Source: a virus (lineage: Duplodnaviria; Caudoviricetes). Taken from it: a DNA stretch of 53,408 bases. The notes under the pieces are model-generated. The model was not told the DNA's origin and ran no database searches. It worked only from the letters and a program-made list of their open reading frames with translations. A program made the translations under genes and the position numbers. The stretch lies in IMG/VR virus record IMGVR_UViG_3300027631_000028, positions 1 through 53,408 of that record; one strand, 5' to 3'. Positions 1-10,740 of the stretch are shown in pieces; positions within the stretch are counted from its first letter, which is position 1; each line of letters starts with the position of its first letter.

Positions 1-32
1 ATAAGAAAAAGACACAAGAGCCTGCTAATTAA
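1..32 (+). CDS. 3' end of upstream gene (partial; position suggests tail assembly chaperone)
   Basis: Open frame ...KKKTQEPAN-TAA(30-32) running into the terminator; identity inferred only from synteny upstream of tape measure. Confidence 0.35.
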   Translation, partial: KKKTQEPAN

Positions 33-49
33 AATTAGCGGGCTTTTTT
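19..49 (+). terminator. Rho-independent terminator
   Basis: AGCCTGCTAATT-AA-AATTAGCGGGCT inverted repeat (one G-U pair) followed by a T-run. Confidence 0.8.
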
Positions 50-68
50 GCGTTAAAAATTTTTTGGT

Positions 69-97
69 TTGACAACTGCGTGGTCACATGGTATAAT
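69..97 (+). promoter_or_regulatory. sigma70 promoter for tail operon
   Basis: TTGACA(69-74), 17 bp, TATAAT(92-97) with extended -10 TG; AGGAG RBS before ATG 151. Confidence 0.9.
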
Positions 98-150
98 GAT
101 CTCTAGTTAAGTTATCAAAAAATTTTGGTAATATCCGAACAGGAGTAAGC

Positions 151-3100
151 ATGAGTATTGATACAACAGTTTTACAAGTTAAGCTAGACGACCTAGGAAC
201 CATTGAGAAGATTGACAATAAGCTCAAAAAGGCTAGAGGAACCTTTGACTCATTTGATAAAGCGATGAGTAAGGGTGTTGGTGTTGGTGGTGGTGGTGGT
301 TATAAAAAAGCCGCAATGGGTAACACTGAATATGATATTGCCAGAGGTAGTGCCGGTGCCACAGGTGCCTCAGGACGAGACTTTGCAAACCAGGCTCGTG
401 GGCTTGATGGATTAGTACGTCTATATGCTACTTATGCTGCTAACGTGTTTGCAGCTGGAGCTGCTTTCCGCGCATTAAGTGATGCTGCGGATACTTCAAA
501 CATGATTCAAGGTATGAATCAATTAGGTGCTTCTAGTGGAATGGCACTAGGTACTATTGCTAAGAATTTAATGCTAGCTACCGATGGCGCAATTAGTATG
601 CGCGAAGCAATGGAAGCTACTACAAAAGGTACAGCCGCAGGTTTAACCGCTAAACAAATGAATGACCTTGGTTTAGTTGCAAACAAAGCGTCTAAAGCTT
701 TAGGTATTGGTATGCCTGACGCTATTAGTCGCCTAACTCGCGGTATTTCAAAACTAGAACCTGAGTTATTAGACGAACTTGGTTTATTTACAAAAATAGG
801 CCCTGCTACCGAAAACTATGCGCGTAGCATAGGCAAAGCTACAGGTAGCTTAACAGATTTTGAAAGACGCCAAGCATTTGCTAACGCTGTGCTAAAAGAA
901 GGCCTAGACAAATTTAATTCTATTGAAGTAGCAGCTAATCCCTACGACAAACTTTTAGCCAGTTTAAAAGACTTAAGTTTCGTAGCATTAGAAATTACTA
1001 ACAAAGCTTTTGTACCATTAGTTAATGTCTTGTCTCAAAATCCTACAATATTGCTTGGAGTTTTAGCAGCAATAGGTGCATCAATAATTAAAAGTGCTAT
1101 TCCTGCTTTAGGACAATACCGAGATAATTTAAAGAAAACCGCTGACGCAAGTCGTATGACTTTTAGTGCTATGTACGCCGATCAGCAAGAACAAATAGGC
1201 CTGGGAGCGGCAGCCGCAGGTGCAGCTGCTGAAAAAGCTTATAGAAAGTCAGCAACTACACAAAGCAAAATTCAAGAACTTTCAAAAAATAGCAGTACTT
1301 TTAGTAAAACTAACAAAACGGACTATGCTGCATTAGCTGGTAAAGATCCGTTTGCTCTTACAGCTGCAGAAATAAAATCTTTAGATCGTCGTGCTAACGA
1401 TTTAGCTAAACGAAATTCCGAAGAAGCTGCCAGACTTAAAGCACACATTGCTGAATTAAAAGCAATACGTGCGGGTGCTGAAAATGCTGAATTAACAAGT
1501 CGGGCTGTTGCTTTAAATAAAGGTACAGGCGTGCTTAGTACACCCTATTCTAATGATATTATACAAAAACGTACATTAAATAAATTAGCAAGTGATAGCA
1601 TTAGATCTACAGCTGCAGAAACTCAAGCAGTTTATGGAGCTAGAACAGCTTATACTAAATTAACAGAAGAAACTAAGAAAGCCATGGCTGGCAAATTAAT
1701 GGTACAAATTGGTACTGAAAAGAATGGTGATGCAGTTATGAAACCCGCTCCTAAAATGGGTGCGTTTCAAGCAGGTCTTACACTTATGTCTGGAACAATT
1801 GGTATAGTAGCCCAAAAAATTGGCTCCCTTATTTCGGCATTTGGCAATATAGGCATGGCTATAGGAGCAGCAGTTGGAGCTTTTCTCTTATTTGATTCGT
1901 TTCTTACAAAAACAGAAAAAGAATCAGATGCTTTTAGTAAGGCTATACAGGCTACCTCAGATGCGGTTGATAATACAACCAGAACTTTAGATAAACTTGC
2001 AAAAGAGCCAGGCATAGCTACAGCTTCAATCCAAGGATTTTTAGCATTATCTAATGCAAGTAGTACTGCAACAAGCTCAATTGAAGCACAACTAGATGCT
2101 ACAAAAGTTTTGTTAAAAGCATTAAATAGTAGTGGGTGGGATCGCGCAAAAGATCGTATCGCTAGTGTATGGGGTGGAGACGTTGCAACAAAATCTGCTA
2201 AGCAACTCGCGGAAATAGTACAATCACAATTAGAGTTATTTCGTACAGCTGGTATGGGCGAAGACGCAGAAGCAAAATTTAAGAAAGCAATAGGTGTAGA
2301 TAGCTTAGATTTTGATACTGTAGCTGAAAAATTTAAAAAGAGTAATATTGCTCAAAAAGAATATGCAAAAACAGCTAAAGCACTAGACGTCACTTTAAAA
2401 GAAACCAGTGCTACACTTCAAGAGTTTAAAACTTCTACAGATGCTGTAACAAAAGCCTACGAAGAGTTTATTCAGTCTACAGCTTCCTCAAACCCTTTAT
2501 TTAAAATAGGGGCCGCTTTACAAGACGTATCAGTATCAATGGATAAGCTATCAAATAAAAGTATGAGACAAATAAATGCTGCTTTTAATGATTTAGCAAG
2601 TACTCCTAAGAAAATAGCGCAGTTTGGTCCTGAATTTATAGCACAATTTGTTACAATACGTCAAGAATTTCAAACTACTTTAGAAAAATATTCTGCATAC
2701 GAACAACAAATTAATAAGATACAAGCCCAAATAGATAAGAAAACACAGCAAAGAAAAAATGCTAAAGATACTCGCGAAGTGGTACCAGGCATGCTGGGTC
2801 CTCGGGGTTCATCAGTATATCAAACAATTAGTGCAGAAAGCAAAAGAGCTGCTTTTACTAGTGAAATAGATTTACTTGAACAAGATAAAAAAGCAAAAAA
2901 AGATATTTTAGTAGGCTTAGACACAAAAAGTTTTATACAAGCTAAAGATTTATTTATTAAAGGTGTTACTTACGCTTTTGAAAAAGGTTCAGACTATATA
3001 AAAATAGCCTTAGGCCAAGCTTCCGCAAAAGCTGCATTAACTATTGCACAAGCAGGTATAGGTGCTTTAACAGGCGAACGAGCTGCACAAGAAACTACTA

Positions 3101-5244
3101 GACTAAAGCAAGAAGAAATAAAGATTCAAATGAATCAAATCCAATCTACTATTGGGTTAATAACTAGTCAAACATTATTAACAGCAACTTTGGCTGAAAA
3201 CACTGCCATGCTTGATTTAATTCAAGCTAAAAACGATAATAAATCAGAAGCAGTACAAAAAGGTAAAGCTGACCAACTATTAGCAGCAGGTATATTTAAA
3301 AATGCAATGAAAGACGTAGAGTCTGGTAAGTTAAAAACATCTAACTTACAAAGCAGACTAACTGGTGATAAAAACGTAGATGCATTTTTATTACGAGACA
3401 TTGGAAAAGTTCAAATAGAGACTGCTGCTCAAGAAGCTAATAGAACAGAACTTGGCGGAAAAAGTAAAGCTAACGAGATCGAAGGTGCCAGAGCAGCAGC
3501 ACTTGGAAGATTAGACGATTTAAACAAAGAACGTAATCTTCGAAACGAAATTAATCAACAAAAAATAGCCGGACTTGATATTTTAACTAGTATTGACACA
3601 CTTAACGCCACGCAACGAGTACAAGAAAAAATAGATTTAGAAAATACATCTATAAAATCTAAGCAGTTACAAGAAATAGAAGGATATACTACAGCTATTA
3701 CTAATGCACAAGCTCTCGGAACAGATAAAGGCAGAGACGAAGCCGACACACTAAATAAACTTTTAGTGTTAGTTAGAGAGCGTCAAAAAGAAGAAAATGA
3801 TAACAAACCTATAGCAGACAGACTTAAATTAAAAACAACTGAGCTTGATGTTGCAACTAAACTTAGCGCACTAAACGAAGCATTACTAGATCAAGACTTA
3901 GCTAGAGTAGGTATAATTAACAGTTTAGTTGGTTTTTCAACAGAACAAAATGTTTTAGCAACTACAACTCTTGAAAATAAAAAGCTTGAAAATAAGTTTG
4001 CACTTGAACTGAAAAAGATTACAGATGAGCTTGTACTACTTGAAGAAGATAAAAAGAGAGATAATACTAAAAGCATTGCTTTAAAACAAACAGAGTTAGC
4101 ACTAGTTACTCAGAGACAAGAAAAAGAAAAAGAAAACAAAGGTTTACAAGACGCTTTAAAATTATTAGAAGCACGTCTTGACATAGAACAAAAATTAGCA
4201 GGATTTGCAAAAACCACAGCTGATGCCAGAGGTCAACAAGCAGAAGACGAATTAAACTACAGAAAAGAACTTGGTTTAGTTACTAGTTTTGAGTTTGTTA
4301 AAGAAAAAGCTGATTTAGACAGAAGTCGTGTAGGTAGAGAAACTGCAGAAGGACAAACTCTTATAAACCAACAAATAGCTAAAAAATCTTTGCTTGAGAA
4401 AGAAATACAAGATATTGAGTCTGACGGTATTTTAACAGCAACTGAAAAGCGCGAATCAGTAGATGAGATGACTAGGTCTATAGCTGCACAAAGCACAGCA
4501 TTAGATGCTACTAATAAGCAAAAGCTAAATGCAATTGACCTAAATGAAAAGTTAGGTAGTAAGATGACTGGTTTCTCCAAAATTGTAGAAGGCAGTTTCC
4601 AAAGTATGGCAGATGCTTTAGCTGATTTTGCTAGAACCGGTAAGCTTGACTTTAAAGGTTTAGTGGATTCAATGATAGTAGAGTTAATCCGATTTGAACT
4701 ACGTGCGCAAATGTCTTCACTTTTCAAAGGTGTAGGAGGATTGCAAGGTATGATGAATATGTTTACCGGCGGAGTAGGCTCAATTACAGCAGATCCTTCT
4801 AGATTAGTAGATTTAGTTGGCGGCAGCGTAATGGGTAATTCTTTAGCTAAAGGTGGAGCATACGACACTGGACTTAGAACTTTTGCTCAAGGCGGAATGT
4901 TTACAAACTCAGTTGTAAATCAACCTACACTATTTAAATTTGCACAAGGTACTGGACTAATGGGTGAAGCAGGACCAGAAGCCATTATGCCCCTAAAGCG
5001 CGATAGCAATGGCAATCTTGGAGTTCGAGGGCCTGGCAATAGTGGTGGCAATGTAGACGTAGTTGTTAACAATTACGGAAACGAAAAAGCTACAACTAAG
5101 GAAACTACTGATTCACGTGGAAATCGCCGAATTGAAGTAATCGTAGGCGATATGGTTGCTAGTGAACTTTCACGCCCTGGAAGTTCCGTTCAACAATCAC
5201 TATCAAGCAACTATGGTAATAAACCTGCTGTTGCAAGGAGATAA
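151..5244 (+). CDS. Tail tape measure protein
   Basis: 1697 aa, Ala/Lys/Glu helical, hydrophobic segments, lambda-type C-terminus (FARTGKLDFKGL...FAQGG...GLMGEAGPEAIMPL). Confidence 0.95.
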   Translation: MSIDTTVLQVKLDDLGTIEKIDNKLKKARGTFDSFDKAMSKGVGVGGGGGYKKAAMGNTEYDIARGSAGATGASGRDFANQARGLDGLVRLYATYAANVFAAGAAFRALSDAADTSNMIQGMNQLGASSGMALGTIAKNLMLATDGAISMREAMEATTKGTAAGLTAKQMNDLGLVANKASKALGIGMPDAISRLTRGISKLEPELLDELGLFTKIGPATENYARSIGKATGSLTDFERRQAFANAVLKEGLDKFNSIEVAANPYDKLLASLKDLSFVALEITNKAFVPLVNVLSQNPTILLGVLAAIGASIIKSAIPALGQYRDNLKKTADASRMTFSAMYADQQEQIGLGAAAAGAAAEKAYRKSATTQSKIQELSKNSSTFSKTNKTDYAALAGKDPFALTAAEIKSLDRRANDLAKRNSEEAARLKAHIAELKAIRAGAENAELTSRAVALNKGTGVLSTPYSNDIIQKRTLNKLASDSIRSTAAETQAVYGARTAYTKLTEETKKAMAGKLMVQIGTEKNGDAVMKPAPKMGAFQAGLTLMSGTIGIVAQKIGSLISAFGNIGMAIGAAVGAFLLFDSFLTKTEKESDAFSKAIQATSDAVDNTTRTLDKLAKEPGIATASIQGFLALSNASSTATSSIEAQLDATKVLLKALNSSGWDRAKDRIASVWGGDVATKSAKQLAEIVQSQLELFRTAGMGEDAEAKFKKAIGVDSLDFDTVAEKFKKSNIAQKEYAKTAKALDVTLKETSATLQEFKTSTDAVTKAYEEFIQSTASSNPLFKIGAALQDVSVSMDKLSNKSMRQINAAFNDLASTPKKIAQFGPEFIAQFVTIRQEFQTTLEKYSAYEQQINKIQAQIDKKTQQRKNAKDTREVVPGMLGPRGSSVYQTISAESKRAAFTSEIDLLEQDKKAKKDILVGLDTKSFIQAKDLFIKGVTYAFEKGSDYIKIALGQASAKAALTIAQAGIGALTGERAAQETTRLKQEEIKIQMNQIQSTIGLITSQTLLTATLAENTAMLDLIQAKNDNKSEAVQKGKADQLLAAGIFKNAMKDVESGKLKTSNLQSRLTGDKNVDAFLLRDIGKVQIETAAQEANRTELGGKSKANEIEGARAAALGRLDDLNKERNLRNEINQQKIAGLDILTSIDTLNATQRVQEKIDLENTSIKSKQLQEIEGYTTAITNAQALGTDKGRDEADTLNKLLVLVRERQKEENDNKPIADRLKLKTTELDVATKLSALNEALLDQDLARVGIINSLVGFSTEQNVLATTTLENKKLENKFALELKKITDELVLLEEDKKRDNTKSIALKQTELALVTQRQEKEKENKGLQDALKLLEARLDIEQKLAGFAKTTADARGQQAEDELNYRKELGLVTSFEFVKEKADLDRSRVGRETAEGQTLINQQIAKKSLLEKEIQDIESDGILTATEKRESVDEMTRSIAAQSTALDATNKQKLNAIDLNEKLGSKMTGFSKIVEGSFQSMADALADFARTGKLDFKGLVDSMIVELIRFELRAQMSSLFKGVGGLQGMMNMFTGGVGSITADPSRLVDLVGGSVMGNSLAKGGAYDTGLRTFAQGGMFTNSVVNQPTLFKFAQGTGLMGEAGPEAIMPLKRDSNGNLGVRGPGNSGGNVDVVVNNYGNEKATTKETTDSRGNRRIEVIVGDMVASELSRPGSSVQQSLSSNYGNKPAVARR

Positions 5245-5246
5245 AT

Positions 5247-5609
5247 ATGGCAATACCAATTTGGCCTGCAACCTTACCACAATCACCTCAAAAAGGTTTT
5301 AAGGAATCCGTTGGACAGAACATCATACGTTCTCCAATGGATGCCGGACCTGCAAAAATGAGAAACAGAGGAAAGCGTCCTAATACAATGGACCTTTCCT
5401 TTATCCTAACAACAGCACAAACTAACACACTAGAAACTTTTATTAAAGATACGCTAGTAGGTGTTAAACGATTTAGTTTTCCACACCCTAGAACCTATAC
5501 TACAGTCGAAGCCAGAATAGTTCCTCAAGGTGAGGGAGAATTTTACGGTTTAGAATATTTAGCTCCCGGTTACTGGAAAACATCTTTAAAGTTTGAAATA
5601 TTGCCATGA
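5247..5609 (+). CDS. Distal tail (Dit/gpM-like) minor tail protein
   Basis: 120 aa, WPATLP...IRSPMDAGPAKMR motif, immediately after tape measure. Confidence 0.8.
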   Translation: MAIPIWPATLPQSPQKGFKESVGQNIIRSPMDAGPAKMRNRGKRPNTMDLSFILTTAQTNTLETFIKDTLVGVKRFSFPHPRTYTTVEARIVPQGEGEFYGLEYLAPGYWKTSLKFEILP

Positions 5610-6148
5610 GTCGCATTAATACATTATCTTCAGCTGCTATTAAAGCTATGTTTTCGTCCGAGACGGATCAACAGCTTATTATGCTATTTACTATTTTTGA
5701 TCCTAATGGTTCTACAGATCCAGCCGCAACGACTACACCTGTTAGATTAGCAGATGGCTATATAGGTAGATTGTCAGCAACAACAGACGCAGAAGTAATA
5801 TACGGCGTAACAAGTCGTAGTAATGAATTTATATTTTTACCAATGCAACTTAATTTGCCTGCTGAGCAAGAAACAGGAGTTGGTGAGTGTTCTATTACGT
5901 TAAATTATGTAACTCCAGAAGCTATTGAACTTGTTAGAGCACACTTGTTTTCTCAAACAAAGGTACTAATAGAATTAGTATTATCTAGTACACCTAATTA
6001 TGTAGAGGCTAGTTTTTCTGAGTTTTACATAAACAATGTAACTTATAATGCTGAAGCTATTACTTTAAATCTAAGTATGGTTAGTTATAACAAAGAACCG
6101 TTCCCAAGTTTTAATTTTACACCTAGTTATTTTCCAGGATTATTCTAA
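5606..6148 (+). CDS. Minor tail protein, DUF1833/gpL-like
   Basis: 180 aa between Dit and NlpC/P60 genes; C-terminal EPFP..FTP..FPGLF; ATGA overlap with previous gene. Confidence 0.75.
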   Translation: MSRINTLSSAAIKAMFSSETDQQLIMLFTIFDPNGSTDPAATTTPVRLADGYIGRLSATTDAEVIYGVTSRSNEFIFLPMQLNLPAEQETGVGECSITLNYVTPEAIELVRAHLFSQTKVLIELVLSSTPNYVEASFSEFYINNVTYNAEAITLNLSMVSYNKEPFPSFNFTPSYFPGLF

Positions 6149-9100
6149 TGAATTATGACAAATATATCGGGTTACCTTACCTTGAAAACGGCAGAACTGA
6201 AGCTGGTGTAGACTGCTGGGGATTAGCTCGACTATATTACAAAGATCAGCTTAATATTGAACTACCAAGTTATAGTCAAGAATACAGTGGTGGGCAAGAT
6301 CCTGCCATTGTTTCCATAGTTAACGCACATATAGATAACTGGGAACAATTAAACGCACCTAATGTTGGGGACTTGTGTCTGTTCAATATTATGGGCGAGC
6401 CTACTCACGTGGGTATATACATAGGTGATAGTAAATTTTTACACTGTCGCGAAGGCATGGATTCAGTAATTGAATCCCTAGATAATATTAAGTGGAAAAA
6501 CCGCTTTGTAGGATTTTATAAATATACAACACAAGCTCAAATAGCAGTTGTAGGGGCACCTCATCCCTTAAGAATGAGTACTAATTTAGATTGGACTGTA
6601 GAAGGTACTACAGTCCAAAATTTGGTTGACTTTGTGCACGACAAGTATCAAGTAAGTAAAACGCTTGTTGATAAAATTGTAATTGTAGTTGATGGTATTG
6701 TAGTTCCACAAAAAGATTGGACAACAACTGTACTACGCAAAGATCAACAAGTATCGTATAAAAGCATTGCCGAAGGCGGTTCCACACGTCGACTACTTTT
6801 AATGGTAGCTGTATTGGTTGTTGCACTTAACTTTGGTCCAGATGTTGGAGCAATGCTTTTACCGAACGCTACTGTAGCTACACAAACTGCAGTGGGTCAA
6901 ATGGCTATTAACATGGCAGGCATGGCACTAGTTAATGCTATTGCTCCAGTTCGTCAGCCAACCAGCAATGATCCTGGAAGTGCTGCAGCACTTAATTTAT
7001 TTACAGGTTCTAGCAATCAAGCAAATAAATTTGGAGCTATCCCAGTTGTATTAGGTAAGGTACGCTTTACAGGTATGTTAGGAGCTACACCTTATGTAAA
7101 ATCATTACAAGATACAAGCATTTTAAACACTGCTATTGTATGGGGTTTTGGGCCGCTTGACGTTAGTGATATCTGTATTGGTGGTAATGCAATAGAAACG
7201 TACTATGACGGGCTACCCTCTACAGTATTACGTCCAGTTACATTAAAAGGAATTGCTGGAGAATCAACTGCTGACTTTGATAATCTATATGGTCGTGATG
7301 TTGAACAACAATTTAAAAATGTTGAATTAGTAAATAATGCAATTGATGGCAATGCATGGACTGAAGTAACCCTTACTCAAGATGCTGACGCTATAGATAT
7401 TGCTTTTACCTTTCCAGAAGGCATGCGTAAAATTAATGTTAAAGATGGAAAAGCAAGCGCAACTCCTTGTCAAATAGAATTACAAACACGACCTTATAGT
7501 ACGTTATCATGGGATGCAACAACAAGCACTACTAGTTTAGGTATATATAAAAACGGTAACGCAGACGCTGCCACTTTAGATGCCGAAGCATATACTTCTA
7601 TACTAACACCACCAGCAGACCCAGATTCTGAAACTAATTTATATAGATATAGTATCTTTTGCCTGAGTCCTAGCGGTGGTATTGCCAGATTTGACGGGAC
7701 TGTTACAGATACACTTGGTAGTAATGCTAGCACATGGTTACAAGATAAATACAACAGCACTAGTTATAGCTATTTATTAGGTATAAACAAAGATTGGAAC
7801 TATTTACCTACTATTCCAACAGGATATATAAAACTATATACTGTGTATCAAACCAGTAATGGCACAGCAACTGTTGATAATACTGCTATAAATAGTTATG
7901 CAGGCGTAATAGGATTAACCCAAACAGTAACACCACTAGAACTTGTTGATTTTAACGGAGAATGGGTTGACTCAGCAACAAAGAAAATAAGTATTAAAGC
8001 TGGTAAACTATACTCCGAAACTGCTACAAGTGTGGCAGCTGGTGCCAATGAAACAATCTGGACAACAAGACAGATAGCTGCTATTGGGTCTACTGTAGTT
8101 ATACCTGGAAGTTATGGAAATTGGTGTAATCTATTAAAGAATACTTCTGTATGGTCTAGTACTAGTGGCCTTGCTGAATGGACACATACTGAGTCAAATG
8201 TAAATTTTCCGTACACAGGATATTATACTGTTCAAGCATCAGCAGATGACGAAGGTGAAGTATACATTGATGGAACTAAAGTTGCAAGTTTGCCTAAAGG
8301 TGGGTATGGTAGTTATGTAGAAACTTCTGTTAAACTTACTAAAGGTTCACATACAATAGTTATAGTAGGTAGAAATAGCCAAGGTGGATTAGCCGCTATA
8401 GGTGTTGTTATTGGATTTACTGCAAATACTGGTTTAAATATACGTGCAGCTGCTAATACTATTATTACTTTCGGTACATCTGGTTTCTATGAAAATAGAA
8501 AAGATGCTTTTAATTATGTACACCCTTTAGAAAATTTAACACGTGGAAGGTATCAAATACGTGTTAGACGTTTAACTAGTGACGAAACAGAAGACGAAAC
8601 AGATTATCGTAAATATCATAAAGCAGTATTAAGTAACGTAACTAGCTATGACAGTAAAGCTAGCCCAATGGTTAATCCTCCGGGATGTCACTTAGCCAAA
8701 ACTGCTGTAAGGATACAAAGTACTAATAAAGTAAATGGTACTGTCGACGGAGTTAATGCATTAGTGCAAACAATTACTTGGGACTATAATAGAGCAACTA
8801 GTTCTTGGACAGGGCCAAAACACCCTACTAATAATCCCGCAAGTTTATTTTTATATGTACTAATGCATCCAGCCAATGCATTTAGAGTTACCAAACTCTC
8901 GCAGCTTGATTTAACCAGTTTAACTGCTTGGCACAACTTCTGCAACCCTGTTCCATTAACAATTACCGCAGGAAGTTTTGTAGTAGGTAGATACTATACT
9001 ATTAATTCTGTAGGAACTACTAGCTGGACTGCTATTGGCGCAGGATCTAACAATATTGGTGAAAGTTTTTACGCTACCGGAGTTGGTAGCGGAACAGGTA

Positions 9101-10731
9101 CTGCTGTATATTGTCCAAAATATACTTATAATAGTGTATTAACAAGTACACAAAGCGTAATGGATACATTGCGAGATATATGTGCAGCAGGGTTAGCAAG
9201 CCCTACATATGTAGATGGTAAATGGGGCGTTGTAATAGATCAGCCAAGAGCTTACACAACTCAACACTTTACACCACATAACAGCTGGGGTTTTGAGTCT
9301 ACAAAAAACCTTCCTATATTACCGCATGCATTTAGAGTTACTATTCCTGATGAATCGCTAGCTTATCAAGCCAATGAACTAATTATATATAATTATGGAT
9401 ATGCTGCAACAGCTGTTAGTGGTAAAAAAGCAGCAGAATTATTTGAACAACTTTCTTTGCCAGGAGTAACAAATGCAGATCAAGCTACGCGATTAGCTAG
9501 ATGGCATTTTGCTCAAATTAAATTACGTCCAGAAACTTATAGTTTAAATGTTGATTTTGAACAGTTGGTTTGTACTCGTGGAGATTTGGTAAAAATTACT
9601 CACGATGTTCCTCGTTGGGGCACTGGTACTGGCAGAGTTAAATCTGTAAACGGAACAACAATTACTCTCACAGAAGCAGCATACCTAGAAGTTGGAAAAA
9701 CTTATACTATACTATTTAGAACAAATAATTTAAATAGTTCTGGTGCTGGCAGCGTGACAAAAACTCTAGCTGTTATTACTACTACTGGATATACAGACAG
9801 TATTACGTTAACATCTGCAATTACTGGCAGCGACATTGTTGAAGTAGATAATTTATTTATGTTAGGCGAACTAAATAAAACAACACAAGAATGTATTGTT
9901 ATAGTCGTAGAACCTAGTAATAACTATAGTGCAAAATTAACGTTAGCAGATTATTCTTCACAGATATATACAGACGATTTAAGCGGGTTACTAGTGTTTA
10001 ATGCTAATATTACTAGTGTTAATACAGATTTGGTAAAAAATTCTATTACATTACCTCCAATTATAACTAGTGTTAATAGTACTAGCCCATTAGCAGAACA
10101 AATTTCTATAGGCAACTATCAGAATATTGCTATTGCTTCTTTTTCAAATCCACCAAATTTACCTGGTGTAGCAACAAAGGTACAATTTGATATAGTTAGA
10201 AGCGAAATATTATTTAATGATACTAGCCCTAATACTGTGTATATTACAAATAAAGAAACTAGCGGATTTACATTTACTGGACTAACTTCTGACGTAGTAT
10301 ATAAAATAAGAGCCAGATATTTAGATTCAACAGACAGTATTGCAGGCCCTTGGTCTGATACTCTTACTTTCTTAAATGATGGTAAAAATATCAGTGCATC
10401 AGTAGCACCAGCACTGACTATGGATTTAGATCATACATTTATTGTGGCAAAGCCTTCTGTAGTTACGCAAGAGAAAGACTTTTTAACTTACGAGTATAGA
10501 CTATACAAAGACACAGGTTCTTCAGATTTTTGGGAACTAGATACTACCGTAAATAATATTAAAATTATTCGTAGTACTGGCGACGCTCGATTTGATCTAC
10601 GAGATCAATCTGCGCCAAGAATTTCAGCAGCAGGTGTTACATATAGAGTAGCCTGTAGAACTGTAGACAGAACAAATAATTACAGTACTGCAAGTACTCT
10701 TGGAACAATAGTTGTTAAAACTATTACATAA
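6148..10731 (+). CDS. Tail tip fusion: NlpC/P60 (gpK-like) + ubiquitin-like gpI + gpJ-like hub, PA14-like insert, C-terminal FN3
   Basis: DCWGL (Cys codon 6214) and HVGIY (His codon 6406); IPVVLG, NNPA, GDLVKITHD gpJ-type motifs; YKIRARY...GPWS FN3 pattern. Confidence 0.85.
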   Translation: MNYDKYIGLPYLENGRTEAGVDCWGLARLYYKDQLNIELPSYSQEYSGGQDPAIVSIVNAHIDNWEQLNAPNVGDLCLFNIMGEPTHVGIYIGDSKFLHCREGMDSVIESLDNIKWKNRFVGFYKYTTQAQIAVVGAPHPLRMSTNLDWTVEGTTVQNLVDFVHDKYQVSKTLVDKIVIVVDGIVVPQKDWTTTVLRKDQQVSYKSIAEGGSTRRLLLMVAVLVVALNFGPDVGAMLLPNATVATQTAVGQMAINMAGMALVNAIAPVRQPTSNDPGSAAALNLFTGSSNQANKFGAIPVVLGKVRFTGMLGATPYVKSLQDTSILNTAIVWGFGPLDVSDICIGGNAIETYYDGLPSTVLRPVTLKGIAGESTADFDNLYGRDVEQQFKNVELVNNAIDGNAWTEVTLTQDADAIDIAFTFPEGMRKINVKDGKASATPCQIELQTRPYSTLSWDATTSTTSLGIYKNGNADAATLDAEAYTSILTPPADPDSETNLYRYSIFCLSPSGGIARFDGTVTDTLGSNASTWLQDKYNSTSYSYLLGINKDWNYLPTIPTGYIKLYTVYQTSNGTATVDNTAINSYAGVIGLTQTVTPLELVDFNGEWVDSATKKISIKAGKLYSETATSVAAGANETIWTTRQIAAIGSTVVIPGSYGNWCNLLKNTSVWSSTSGLAEWTHTESNVNFPYTGYYTVQASADDEGEVYIDGTKVASLPKGGYGSYVETSVKLTKGSHTIVIVGRNSQGGLAAIGVVIGFTANTGLNIRAAANTIITFGTSGFYENRKDAFNYVHPLENLTRGRYQIRVRRLTSDETEDETDYRKYHKAVLSNVTSYDSKASPMVNPPGCHLAKTAVRIQSTNKVNGTVDGVNALVQTITWDYNRATSSWTGPKHPTNNPASLFLYVLMHPANAFRVTKLSQLDLTSLTAWHNFCNPVPLTITAGSFVVGRYYTINSVGTTSWTAIGAGSNNIGESFYATGVGSGTGTAVYCPKYTYNSVLTSTQSVMDTLRDICAAGLASPTYVDGKWGVVIDQPRAYTTQHFTPHNSWGFESTKNLPILPHAFRVTIPDESLAYQANELIIYNYGYAATAVSGKKAAELFEQLSLPGVTNADQATRLARWHFAQIKLRPETYSLNVDFEQLVCTRGDLVKITHDVPRWGTGTGRVKSVNGTTITLTEAAYLEVGKTYTILFRTNNLNSSGAGSVTKTLAVITTTGYTDSITLTSAITGSDIVEVDNLFMLGELNKTTQECIVIVVEPSNNYSAKLTLADYSSQIYTDDLSGLLVFNANITSVNTDLVKNSITLPPIITSVNSTSPLAEQISIGNYQNIAIASFSNPPNLPGVATKVQFDIVRSEILFNDTSPNTVYITNKETSGFTFTGLTSDVVYKIRARYLDSTDSIAGPWSDTLTFLNDGKNISASVAPALTMDLDHTFIVAKPSVVTQEKDFLTYEYRLYKDTGSSDFWELDTTVNNIKIIRSTGDARFDLRDQSAPRISAAGVTYRVACRTVDRTNNYSTASTLGTIVVKTIT

Positions 10732-10740
10732 AGGATAAGC

